DNA of 64,000 bases, taken from assembly GCA_050117845.1 (NCBI GenBank), contig JASFLY010000001.1, positions 1-64,000 on the forward strand, read 5' to 3'. How positions within the stretch are numbered: the stretch's first letter is position 1; every line of letters begins with the position of its first letter. Origin of the DNA: Candidatus Zixiibacteriota bacterium. GTDB taxonomy: Bacteria > RBG-13-66-14 > B26-G2 > WVWN01. Under the pieces are notes generated by a model that saw nothing but the letters and a program-made list of their open reading frames with translations, ran no database searches and was not told the origin of the DNA. Made by a program: the position numbers and the translations under genes. Shown one piece after another: positions 1 through 8,940 of this stretch.

Positions 1-2276
1 GCCGCCGCGGTAGCTCCGTTCGAGCCGAAGGCCCCGGCCATCGCGTTCGCCGTGGCCCCGCCGCCCGTCGGCGCCGCCAGTGCGTTCACCGGCCGCCGGT
101 ACAGGTTGTACGATTCCACGCCCGCGGCCTCGCTTACCGTCCAGTTCAACACGATGCCCGACTCGACGCGCCGCCCCTCGAAGGACGTGAGCGCTACGCC
201 GGTCGAGGAAACCGCTACGTCGGCCTCGTACGTCTCGCAGTTGTGCGCCGAGACCGTCAGGTACATATTGCCCGTCGACGTCGGTTCGATGCTGAACGAT
301 ACGTTGCCGCTGGAGTCCGTGGTATCGGACGCGTATACTTCCTCGCCCTTCCACACGCAAACCAGCGCGTTCGCCACGTTGGCGTCCGTCGTGTCGGCAA
401 CGTGCACGTCGTAGGTCTGGGATCCGGTCGGTATCGTGCCGTCGTGCGTAACGCTCAAGGCGGAAATATTACCGGTCGGGATCCAGATGTCGGGGTCGCC
501 GGTGAGCATTAACTCGAAGTAGATGAACCGGTAGACCCAGGTGCCCACGGTGCTTTGCAACTCGTGTTTGTGCGCGGCCAGCGTTTGGCCGTTTATGTAC
601 ACGTCGTTGCTGCCCAACTGGTGGAAATATTCCTTAAGGAATTCGGCCGAATAATAATCCGCCGGGTTCCCGCGGGAGTACCACCCGTACCGCGTATTGC
701 CGGTGAAGCCTACGCCGCCGCCGTCGGGGGAGCTTACGAAGTACGCGGCGCAGTTGTTGGTCGCGTCGGTGTTGCTGGGATAGCAACCTAGCGAGTACAG
801 AACGCCCATGAACTTCGGGTGGTTGGTGAGGTTGAGAAGGTTGGAGCTGTAAACGCTGCCGGAGTTCGTACCGATGAGCGTCGTGTTGGAGTGGGCCGCG
901 TGCGCGATGACGCCTTTACCGGCGTTCATGTTGGAGATGAAGTTGGTGCCGTTGCACACGGTCCCGCCGGGGTAGTTGTTGTCCCAAAGTTCGGTGAAAG
1001 ACCAGGAGGAGGAAGTGAGGTAATTATCGCGGACGTACTCCATTAGGACCTTCTCGTTGGTCGAGGAGTCGAGGAACGCGCCCGTTAGTATAACCTGGTT
1101 TTGGTAATCGTAGGGGTTGGTCTCCGTGGACGCCCCGGCTCCTTCGTAGCAGAGCGTCTTGTCGACGACTTCGTTCAGGTCGCTTACCGTATCGACCTGG
1201 ATACGGCCCACGTATACGTCGTAGGTCCAGTCCACGTTGTCGGAGGAATACTCGCCCCAGTAGCCGTCGCCGTCGGCGTTGAAGGTCCCGTCGAGGCAAC
1301 CGTAGTAGTTGTCCGTCGGCACGAGGTGGTCGCCCTCGGAAGTGTTATACTGGGAATCGTACACCTTCCGTACCGGGATAACCGAGTTCGTCCCTATAAG
1401 CAAGACGTATTGCGTGCCGTACTGCGTGAAGTAATCCTTGATGCAGTTGCGGATTTTTTCGGCCGTGTCCGTGCCGGTGTAACCCGACTCGATGTCGGAC
1501 GTGGTAACGACAGTCGCGTTGAGGCCCTTCTTCGTTTTCCAATCGGCCAATTCCTGCGCTTTCGTCGCCATGGTGGAATTGGTGATTATCAAATACGGAT
1601 AAGGAGGTCCGTCCGTCGGTTCACCGCCATCGAGAAGACGCACGCCGCCCGCCGGCGCTACGTCCCACGGATTGATAACCTGCGCGGCGAGATTCTCTCT
1701 GATGCCGCGGTCAATCCATTCCAACCGGACTTTAGGCGTGACGATCTCCCCTTCGGCCGCTTTAAGTTTGAGGTCGAAGTCGATGACGGGATAGACCATC
1801 AATTTGCCCGTCGCCGGCACGTACTGGACCGGCGAGAAGATGATGCTGCCGTAACCGTAGCCGCCCATGTTGCCGCTCTCGAAACCGGCCACCAGCTTAC
1901 CGGGGAACGGTTCCGACGAAGAATAAATCTCCGCGTCGGCGGGGGTAACGCCCGTCGCCGGCTGGCTGAAGGGCGTGGGTTCCTGTAACGGCATAATGTG
2001 GTAACTGCCGGGCAATGCCACCGGTTCGCCGTGGGTAGTCTCTACTGATTCGATCTCGGTACCGGCCGGCAAAGCCACGCTGACTATAACCGCCGGCAGA
2101 GCCGGCTGTCCCGGTTCGACCGGTAACCCGGAGCCGTCCTTCAAGGATACGGCGTCGTATCCCAAGAACGCCGGGTCGTTAACCGACTTCACCGTGACGT
2201 CGGCCGTGTCGACCTGAACAGTGTAGGCGAACGCCGACGCCGCGGCGATCGCGACTACCCATAAACATTTCTTCAT
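1..2276 (-). CDS. Secreted C25 (gingipain-like) cysteine peptidase with propeptide; 3' end runs off the window
   Basis: Absent from the ORF track because it is truncated. Hand translation: MKKCLWVVAIAAASAFA signal peptide; PGQPALPAVIVSVALPAG propeptide-like; YLIIT..LADWKTKKG..IRNCIK..YVLLIG..VGRI..GNTRYGW..LTGDP C25 core; then an Ig-like VALTSFEG..VLNW..YNLYRR segment. SD AGGAGG upstream. Confidence 0.85.
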   Translation of the reverse strand, partial: MKKCLWVVAIAAASAFAYTVQVDTADVTVKSVNDPAFLGYDAVSLKDGSGLPVEPGQPALPAVIVSVALPAGTEIESVETTHGEPVALPGSYHIMPLQEPTPFSQPATGVTPADAEIYSSSEPFPGKLVAGFESGNMGGYGYGSIIFSPVQYVPATGKLMVYPVIDFDLKLKAAEGEIVTPKVRLEWIDRGIRENLAAQVINPWDVAPAGGVRLLDGGEPTDGPPYPYLIITNSTMATKAQELADWKTKKGLNATVVTTSDIESGYTGTDTAEKIRNCIKDYFTQYGTQYVLLIGTNSVIPVRKVYDSQYNTSEGDHLVPTDNYYGCLDGTFNADGDGYWGEYSSDNVDWTYDVYVGRIQVDTVSDLNEVVDKTLCYEGAGASTETNPYDYQNQVILTGAFLDSSTNEKVLMEYVRDNYLTSSSWSFTELWDNNYPGGTVCNGTNFISNMNAGKGVIAHAAHSNTTLIGTNSGSVYSSNLLNLTNHPKFMGVLYSLGCYPSNTDATNNCAAYFVSSPDGGGVGFTGNTRYGWYSRGNPADYYSAEFLKEYFHQLGSNDVYINGQTLAAHKHELQSTVGTWVYRFIYFELMLTGDPDIWIPTGNISALSVTHDGTIPTGSQTYDVHVADTTDANVANALVCVWKGEEVYASDTTDSSGNVSFSIEPTSTGNMYLTVSAHNCETYEADVAVSSTGVALTSFEGRRVESGIVLNWTVSEAAGVESYNLYRRPVNALAAPTGGGATANAMAGAFGSNGATAA

Positions 2277-2533
2277 CCTACATTCCTCCTTCGATGGCGA
2301 AGAACGCGGACTCTCCTCGAGTCTGCGGTAAACATATCAAACCTAATCATATATATTATACCACGTCGCACCCCCCGCGCCAAGCGTTTTTTATCTTTTT
2401 TCAGGTCCCTCGCGGATTCCGGGAAAGGCGAGCGGCCGACGGTTACTCCCGGGGGAACGCGCCCCGGCGCCGGGAAAACCCTTGCGCCCGCCGGGCGCTT
2501 TTTATACTATTCGGGCGGGAGATTCCCCTTATT

Positions 2534-5101
2534 ATGGCGACGCCGATGTTGCAGCAATATCGGTCCATCAAGGACCAGTACCCCGACGCTATAATCTTCT
2601 TTCGTCTGGGAGACTTCTACGAGATGTTCTTCCAGGACGCGGAAGTGGCAAGCGCCGTCCTGGGTCTCACCCTCACCGGCCGCGGCAAGGGTGAGAACCG
2701 CGTACCAATGTGCGGTTTCCCCCACCACGCCGCCACCGGCTACGTCGCCAAGCTCCTGGACGCGGGCCACAAAATCGCCGTGGCCGACCAGACCGAAGAC
2801 CCGGCCCAGGCCGAGAAGCTAGTCCGGCGGGAGGTCGTGCGCGTCATCACGCCCGGCACGGTCTACGAGGAGGAACTTCTCGAGGCCAACGAGACCCGCT
2901 ACGTCGCGTCGGTCGCCCTCAAACGCAACAAGTGGGCGGCCGCCCGTCTCGACCTCGCCGGCGGATCGCTCGAGGTCTGGTTCGACGTTCCGGCCGAGGC
3001 TGCGGCGTCCCTCGTGGCCTCATGGAAGGCCGCCGAGATAATCGCGGAGGACGGCGTCGAACTCCCGTCCGGCTTCGCCGAGGACGACCGACGCATATCC
3101 CGCCGCGAAGCGGAGGACTACGCCCCCGACGAGGGGGCCGCGCTCCTACGGGAACATTTCGACGTCGTCAATCTGGCCGGCTTCGGCCTGGAGGGCGAAG
3201 AGGCCGCGGTTGCCGCGGCGGCCTCGCTCCTGCGCTACGCCGCCGCGTCCCGCCTTGGGCCCCTTTCCCACGCCTCAATAAACACCCGCACGCTCGGCGA
3301 CCGGATGTACCTGGACGCCACCACCGTCCGCAACCTCGAGTTGTTCGAACACCCGGGGCCGGGCGGCGGAACTCTCTACGAACTCCTGAACCGGACGCGC
3401 ACCGCCATGGGCGCTCGCCGCCTTCGGCGCTACCTGGCCGAACCTCTTCTATCCCTCGACGCGATAACCCGCCGTCTCGACGCCGTGGCGCTCTTCTTCG
3501 CCGACGGCGAACGGCGCCACCGCGTTCGGGAACTGTTGCGCGCCTGCGCCGACGTGGAGCGGCTCGCCGGCCGGCTGGCCCTCGGGACCGCGGGGCCCCG
3601 CGACGTCCACGCCCTGGGCCGGAGCCTCGCGCTCGTCCCGGACTTGAGGGCCGCGGTGGCCGATGCGGAGGGAGGCCTCCTAGCGGAAGCGGCGGCCGAC
3701 CTGGTCGACGTGGGAGATATAGTAGAGGTTATCGAAACCGCCCTGGCCGACGATCCCCCGCCCACGCTGGCCGAGGGGGGCATAATCCGCCCCGGCTACC
3801 GGCCCGAACTCGACGACCTCCGGGACCGCTCGTCCCGCGCCAAGGAGTTCATCGCGGCCCTCGAGCAGACGGAACGGGAACGCACCGGCATCACATCCCT
3901 CAAGGTTGGATACAATAAAGTCTTCGGCTACTACGTCGAGATAACGAAAACCCACCAGGACAAGGTCCCCGCCGACTACATCCGCAAACAGACCCTCGTC
4001 AACGCGGAACGCTTCATAACGCCCGAACTCAAGGAATACGAGGAGACGGCCCTTTCGGCTGACGAGAAAATCGCGGCCCTGGAGCGGGACGTTTTCGTCG
4101 AACTCAGGGAAGAACTCGCCGGCCACGTCGAACGGATAGACCTCGTCGCCGGGGCCATATCCGAACTCGACGTGATGGCCTCGTACGCCCAGGCCGCCCT
4201 CGAAAACGATTTCGTCCGGCCGGAGGTCGTCGCCGAGCCGGTCATAGACGTCGACGACGGCCGCCACGCCGTGGTCGAGCGTTTCTATCTTAGCGAACCC
4301 TTCGTGCCCAACGACCTCTACCTCGACGAGAACGAGCGCTTCGTCGTCCTCACGGGCCCCAACATGGCCGGCAAGTCCACCTACCTCCGCCAGGCCGCGC
4401 TACTCTCCCTGCTCGCACAAGCCGGCTCCTTCGTACCCGCGCGTCGGGCGAAGCTGGGCCTCGTCGACCGGATATTCACGCGCATCGGCGCCGCGGACGA
4501 CCTCTCCCGGGGAAGGTCCACCTTCCTGGTCGAGATGACCGAAACGGCGGATATCGTGAACAACGCCACCCGCCAAAGCCTCATCCTGCTGGACGAGGTG
4601 GGCCGGGGCACGTCCACCTACGACGGCCTGAGCCTGGCGTGGGCCGTCGCCGAATACCTGGCCCAGAATACCAAGGCGCGCACCCTCTTCGCCACCCACT
4701 ACCACGAACTCGCGGCGTTAGCCGAAGGCGGCAACGGCGTCGTGAACTACACCGTTACGGTGCGTGAAGCGGGCGGGAAGGTCCACTTCCTGCGGCGCGT
4801 GACCCGCGGCGTTACCAGCCGCTCGTACGGCATCCAGGTCGCGCGGCTGGCGGGCCTCCCCCCGGCCATACTGGCGCGCGCCCGGCAAATACTGGAGGAA
4901 CTGGAGGCGGGCCACGGCCCCCGGGCCCTGGCGCAGGATATGCCGCAACAGACGCTATTCTCGGCGCGCCAACCGATAATCGAGGAATACCTGGCGACAC
5001 TCGAGCCCGACCGTCTTTCGCCGCGGGCGGCCCTCGACGCCGTTTACGAACTCCGACGACTACTGGCCGACGAATCCGACGACGCCGAACCTACGCAATA
5101 G
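2534..5101 (+). CDS. mutS: DNA mismatch repair protein MutS
   Basis: TPMLQQY, FFRLGDFYEMF, TGPNMAGKST, STFLVEM, DEVGRGT, FATHYHEL. Start moved to ATG 2534. Confidence 0.97.
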   Translation: MATPMLQQYRSIKDQYPDAIIFFRLGDFYEMFFQDAEVASAVLGLTLTGRGKGENRVPMCGFPHHAATGYVAKLLDAGHKIAVADQTEDPAQAEKLVRREVVRVITPGTVYEEELLEANETRYVASVALKRNKWAAARLDLAGGSLEVWFDVPAEAAASLVASWKAAEIIAEDGVELPSGFAEDDRRISRREAEDYAPDEGAALLREHFDVVNLAGFGLEGEEAAVAAAASLLRYAAASRLGPLSHASINTRTLGDRMYLDATTVRNLELFEHPGPGGGTLYELLNRTRTAMGARRLRRYLAEPLLSLDAITRRLDAVALFFADGERRHRVRELLRACADVERLAGRLALGTAGPRDVHALGRSLALVPDLRAAVADAEGGLLAEAAADLVDVGDIVEVIETALADDPPPTLAEGGIIRPGYRPELDDLRDRSSRAKEFIAALEQTERERTGITSLKVGYNKVFGYYVEITKTHQDKVPADYIRKQTLVNAERFITPELKEYEETALSADEKIAALERDVFVELREELAGHVERIDLVAGAISELDVMASYAQAALENDFVRPEVVAEPVIDVDDGRHAVVERFYLSEPFVPNDLYLDENERFVVLTGPNMAGKSTYLRQAALLSLLAQAGSFVPARRAKLGLVDRIFTRIGAADDLSRGRSTFLVEMTETADIVNNATRQSLILLDEVGRGTSTYDGLSLAWAVAEYLAQNTKARTLFATHYHELAALAEGGNGVVNYTVTVREAGGKVHFLRRVTRGVTSRSYGIQVARLAGLPPAILARARQILEELEAGHGPRALAQDMPQQTLFSARQPIIEEYLATLEPDRLSPRAALDAVYELRRLLADESDDAEPTQ

Positions 5102-5120
5102 TTGCACAAAAAGTGATTTT

Positions 5121-5948
5121 ATGGTAAATTTTAGTTTCGATTCTGGAGGGGGCGGCCCCGCGCGGGAGGCGAATAAAGCTTCCGGGGAGCCGCCGCCCCG
5201 TTTTATAATCGCGCCGGACGACGTGCACGAAGGTATCATCCGGCTGCGGGGGGCCGAGGGGCATCACGCGAAGAACGTCCTCCGGCTGGGCCGGGGTGAT
5301 CCGTTCGTCGCCGTCGACGGCCGGGGAGTGGAGTATGAAGCGACCGTGGAAATCCTGGCGGCCGACGGCCTCCTGGGCAGGATCGTTCGGACGACCCGTC
5401 GGACGCGTGAACCGCGGGCCCGCATTGCGCTGGCTCAAGCGCTCGTCAAACCCGCCGAAATAGCCGCCGTCGTCGGCCAGGCGACGGCCCTGGGCGCGAA
5501 CGAATTCATCCTGTTCGAAAGCGCGCGCACCAGGCGGCGGGAATTGCACGGACGCGAGATGCGGCACCTGGACGCGGTGGCCGCGGCCGCCGTTAAACAA
5601 TCTCTCCGGGCGGTAATGCCGGAAATATCGGGACCCCGTACGTTCGCGTCGTTGTTGTCGTATGGCCGCGAGTTCGACGTAGCGTTCCTGTGTCGCCCGG
5701 ATACGAAGGCCGAACCGCTGGCCGAAATAATCGGCGGAAGCGTCCCCGGCCCGAGTCGATTCCTGGTAGTGGTCGGGCCGGAGGGAGGATTCACCTCAGA
5801 GGAAGAAGAGAACGCCGCGAACGCCGGATTTCGAACGCTTGACCTCGGTCCGCGGCGATTGCGGTCCGTACTGGCCGGCCCCACGGCGTGCACGCTAATT
5901 TTATACGCCACCGGGGACCTCGGCCCGATACCTTCTCCGGGGGAATGA
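5121..5948 (+). CDS. rsmE: 16S rRNA m3U1498 methyltransferase RsmE
   Basis: HHAKNVLRL, VVGPEGGFT, LGPRRLR SPOUT motifs. Exact start uncertain. Confidence 0.85.
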   Translation: MVNFSFDSGGGGPAREANKASGEPPPRFIIAPDDVHEGIIRLRGAEGHHAKNVLRLGRGDPFVAVDGRGVEYEATVEILAADGLLGRIVRTTRRTREPRARIALAQALVKPAEIAAVVGQATALGANEFILFESARTRRRELHGREMRHLDAVAAAAVKQSLRAVMPEISGPRTFASLLSYGREFDVAFLCRPDTKAEPLAEIIGGSVPGPSRFLVVVGPEGGFTSEEEENAANAGFRTLDLGPRRLRSVLAGPTACTLILYATGDLGPIPSPGE

Positions 5949-5952
5949 CCCT

Positions 5953-6297
5953 ATGGAAGATTGCATTTTCTGTAAGATAGCGGCCGGCGAAATGGGTACC
6001 GAGTTGTTGTACGAAGACGACGAGGTGGTCGCCTTCAAGGACATCTCCCCCATGGCGCCGCTGCACGTATTAATCGTCCCGAAGAAACACATAGTCAGCG
6101 TGGAGGAATCTTCCACCGAGGACCGGGAGTTGTTCGGCCATATGGTACACACGGCCCGCGGACTTGCGCGGGAACTCGGCGTAGCCGAGGCCGGGTACCG
6201 CCTGGTAATGAACACCGGCGAGGAAGGCGGCCAGACGGTAATGCACCTCCACATGCACCTACTGGGCGGCCGGCAATTGGAGCCCAACCTGGGGTAA
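5953..6297 (+). CDS. hinT: Histidine triad nucleotide-binding protein
   Basis: DCIFCKI..DISPMAPLHVLIVPKKH..GGQTVMHLHMHLLGGR. Confidence 0.93.
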   Translation: MEDCIFCKIAAGEMGTELLYEDDEVVAFKDISPMAPLHVLIVPKKHIVSVEESSTEDRELFGHMVHTARGLARELGVAEAGYRLVMNTGEEGGQTVMHLHMHLLGGRQLEPNLG

Positions 6298-6331
6298 CGC
6301 CGGCCGGTATTTAAACGTAAAGCGAGTAGAA

Positions 6332-7012
6332 ATGAAAAGACTGAGTATGAAATTGACGCCCCGCACGGAAGCGGGAAAACGCTACGGCCGGATGTTCCGC
6401 CGGGAAGGCCGGGTTCCGGCCGTCGTCTACGGCGCCGGAAAGGAAAACCAGGCCGTAACCGTCGACGAGAAGGAATTCCGCGGCGCGCTGCGCGCGGGAG
6501 GGGCCCAGGCGATAATAGACCTCGCGGTCGAAGGGACCGAAGGTAGCACCCTCGCCATTATAAAAGAAATCCAATACGACGCCCTGGGCGAAGAGATACA
6601 TCACGTCGACTTCTATCGCATCACCGAAGGCAAGCCGATTCAGGTAACCGTGCCCGTCTCCGCCTCCGGCAAATCCGAGGGCGAAATGGAAGGCGGCATC
6701 GTCGAACACCTGACCCGCGAAGTCCGCGTGGAGTGCCTGCCCCGCGACATCCCGGAAAACATCCCGTTCGACATCTCCGCGCTCACGATGGGCGACTCGC
6801 TCCATCTGGGCGACGTCGAAGTCCCGCCGGGCGTCACGTTCCTCGACGCCCTCGATACGGCGCTCGTCGTCGTGAAGGCGCCGCGGATGGCCCGGGCCGA
6901 CGTTATCGCCGAGGAAGAGGCGGCGGCGGAAGCGGCCGAAGGCGAAGAAGCCGAAGGCGAAGAGGGCGCCGCGGGAGAAGCGGAAGAAGCTCCGGGTTCC
7001 GAGGAAGAGTAG
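6332..7012 (+). CDS. rplY: 50S ribosomal protein bL25/Ctc
   Basis: RREGRVPAVVYG, IHHVDF, CLPRDIPE, acidic tail; lies next to pth. Confidence 0.95.
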   Translation: MKRLSMKLTPRTEAGKRYGRMFRREGRVPAVVYGAGKENQAVTVDEKEFRGALRAGGAQAIIDLAVEGTEGSTLAIIKEIQYDALGEEIHHVDFYRITEGKPIQVTVPVSASGKSEGEMEGGIVEHLTREVRVECLPRDIPENIPFDISALTMGDSLHLGDVEVPPGVTFLDALDTALVVVKAPRMARADVIAEEEAAAEAAEGEEAEGEEGAAGEAEEAPGSEEE

Positions 7013-7050
7013 CCGTTATTTTCCACCCGTCGCGAGTTCCGGCGTAACGC

Positions 7051-7623
7051 ATGGCCGACGACAACACTTACGCGATTTTCGGCCTCGGGAACCCCGGCCG
7101 GCAATACGCGGATACCAAGCACAACGCCGGGGCCATGGTCGTGGATATCCTGGCCCGGCGGCACCGGGTCCGGCTGTGGCGGCGGCGCTTCCAATCCATT
7201 TGTGGCAAGGGCGCCATCGAGGGGCGGCCGGCCTGGCTGATAAAACCCCGGACCTATATGAACCGTTCCGGGTGGTCGGTGGCCGAGGCCGTGGAGTCCC
7301 TGAAACTGGCGCCCGAGCGCTTGCTCGTCATCTCGGACGACCTCGATCTCCCGTCCGGGAAAATCCGACTACGTGAAAAAGGTTCGGCCGGGGGCCATCG
7401 CGGCCTCCAGTCCATAATAGAAGAATTGGGAACACAGAATTTCGCCCGGCTCCGCATCGGCGTGGGCGCGCCGACCGAAGGAGACGCCGCCGATTACGTG
7501 TTATCCACGTTCGATCCGGCGGAACGTTCCGCGGTCGACGAAGCCCTCGAACGGGCGGCCGACGCCGTCGAGGCGTGGTTGGCCGAGGGTGCGGCACGGG
7601 CGATGACAGCCTTCAACGATTAA
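7051..7623 (+). CDS. pth: Peptidyl-tRNA hydrolase
   Basis: GLGNPG..HNAG..KPRTYMNRSG..DDLDL..GGHRGL..RLRIG. Confidence 0.96.
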   Translation: MADDNTYAIFGLGNPGRQYADTKHNAGAMVVDILARRHRVRLWRRRFQSICGKGAIEGRPAWLIKPRTYMNRSGWSVAEAVESLKLAPERLLVISDDLDLPSGKIRLREKGSAGGHRGLQSIIEELGTQNFARLRIGVGAPTEGDAADYVLSTFDPAERSAVDEALERAADAVEAWLAEGAARAMTAFND

Positions 7624-7636
7624 CGCGGGAGGCACC

Positions 7637-8371
7637 GTGGACGTTACATTTTCGCTGGGCGGCATCGGCCTGGCACTGGTATTCGGTTTTTTAAGTTTTA
7701 TCTCGCCGTGCGTTTTGCCGCTCGTGCCGGCTTACCTATCCTATATATCCGGCCTTACTTTCGAAGAGCTGACCGGTAAGGAAAAGCGCCGCCAGATAAT
7801 CCTCAAAACGCTGTTGAACGCCGCCGTCTTCTGCCTCGGCTTCACGGTCGTCTTCCTCGCGATGGGCGTTACGGCGACCAAACTCGGTTCCTTCCTCCAG
7901 ACCCACAAGATGCTCTTCAACCAGATAGCCGGGATAATCATCATCATCCTCGGTTTTCATATGGTGGGCGCCTACCGCATTAAGTTCCTCCTGATGGAAC
8001 GGCGTTTCGAGGGCAAGAAAGGCCGATGGGGTATCCTCGGAACCTTCGTCGTCGGCATCGCGTTCGCCTTCGGCTGGACCCCCTGCATCGGCCCCTTCCT
8101 GGCCGGCCTCCTCTTTTTGGCAGGCAATCAAAGTACCGTCGGCCAGGGATTCGTTCTACTCCTGGTTTACTCGCTCGGCCTGGCGATACCGTTCCTCCTC
8201 GCCGCTTTGGCCGTCAATACCTTCCTCTCGGCCTTCCAGAAGATTAAAAAGCACTTCCACACCATCGAGGTCGTGGGCGGCATCCTGCTTATCGAGTTCG
8301 GCCACATCATCCTCTTCAACAAGCTGGGATGGCTGGCCAGCAAGCTCGGCTTCGTCGATTTAGGGTTCTAA
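7637..8371 (+). CDS. ccdA: CcdA/DsbD-type thiol-disulfide transporter (cytochrome c biogenesis)
   Basis: SFISPCVLPLVPAY and FAFGWTPCIGP motifs; multiple TM segments; SD GGAGG. Confidence 0.9.
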   Translation: MDVTFSLGGIGLALVFGFLSFISPCVLPLVPAYLSYISGLTFEELTGKEKRRQIILKTLLNAAVFCLGFTVVFLAMGVTATKLGSFLQTHKMLFNQIAGIIIIILGFHMVGAYRIKFLLMERRFEGKKGRWGILGTFVVGIAFAFGWTPCIGPFLAGLLFLAGNQSTVGQGFVLLLVYSLGLAIPFLLAALAVNTFLSAFQKIKKHFHTIEVVGGILLIEFGHIILFNKLGWLASKLGFVDLGF

Positions 8372-8437
8372 CGCAATAGGGTATTAGGGAATTCGGGGAC
8401 GGAGGTCGATAATGCGTACGCGGGCAACGCGGCCGGC

Positions 8438-8830
8438 GTGATCTTCTTCACGCGGCAGGAACGGCTGGTCCTGATATTCCTCGTGGCGGCGCTGGTCGTC
8501 GGCGCCACGGTGAAGATCGTTCGGGGAAAGAAGGCGCCGCCGGAGCCGAAAGCGCTCGAGGTCGAGTTCGACCTGACCCGGCCTAAGAAGGCCGTCCCAG
8601 CCTCCGCCCTCGCCGACGCCACACATATAATTAACGTAAACGAGGCCGACGCAGAGGAGCTGTGCACGCTCCCCGGCGTCGGCCCTTGCTATGCCGAGCG
8701 TATCGTAGCGTACCGGGAGGAACACGGCCCATTCGAGAGGCCGGAAGACCTCGCCGCCGTCCGCGGTATAGGCCCCGCGACCGTGGAGAAATTAAGGCCG
8801 CATATAACCTGCGAAACGCCTCCGAGGTAG
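8438..8830 (+). CDS. comEA: ComEA-family helix-hairpin-helix DNA-binding protein
   Basis: N-terminal TM; ININEADAEEL-like start, LPGVGP and VRGIGP HhH pair, YREEHGPF. Confidence 0.85.
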   Translation: MIFFTRQERLVLIFLVAALVVGATVKIVRGKKAPPEPKALEVEFDLTRPKKAVPASALADATHIINVNEADAEELCTLPGVGPCYAERIVAYREEHGPFERPEDLAAVRGIGPATVEKLRPHITCETPPR

Positions 8831-8940
8831 CGGCGACCGGCCGGTCGCCCTTACGTAAAACACGGGCCGACCCGGAGGTCGGCCCCTATATTTGCAATAA
8901 TGTGGCGTCGGTTGTTACCAACCGACGCATCCCGTTCTCG

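Noticed and set aside
2400..2503. Possible riboswitch or sRNA upstream of mutS (GC-rich stretch ending in hairpin + T-run)
   Set aside because: No match to riboswitch, SRP or 6S motifs I know. The hairpin coincides with the mutS promoter spacer (TTGCGC-17-TACTAT).
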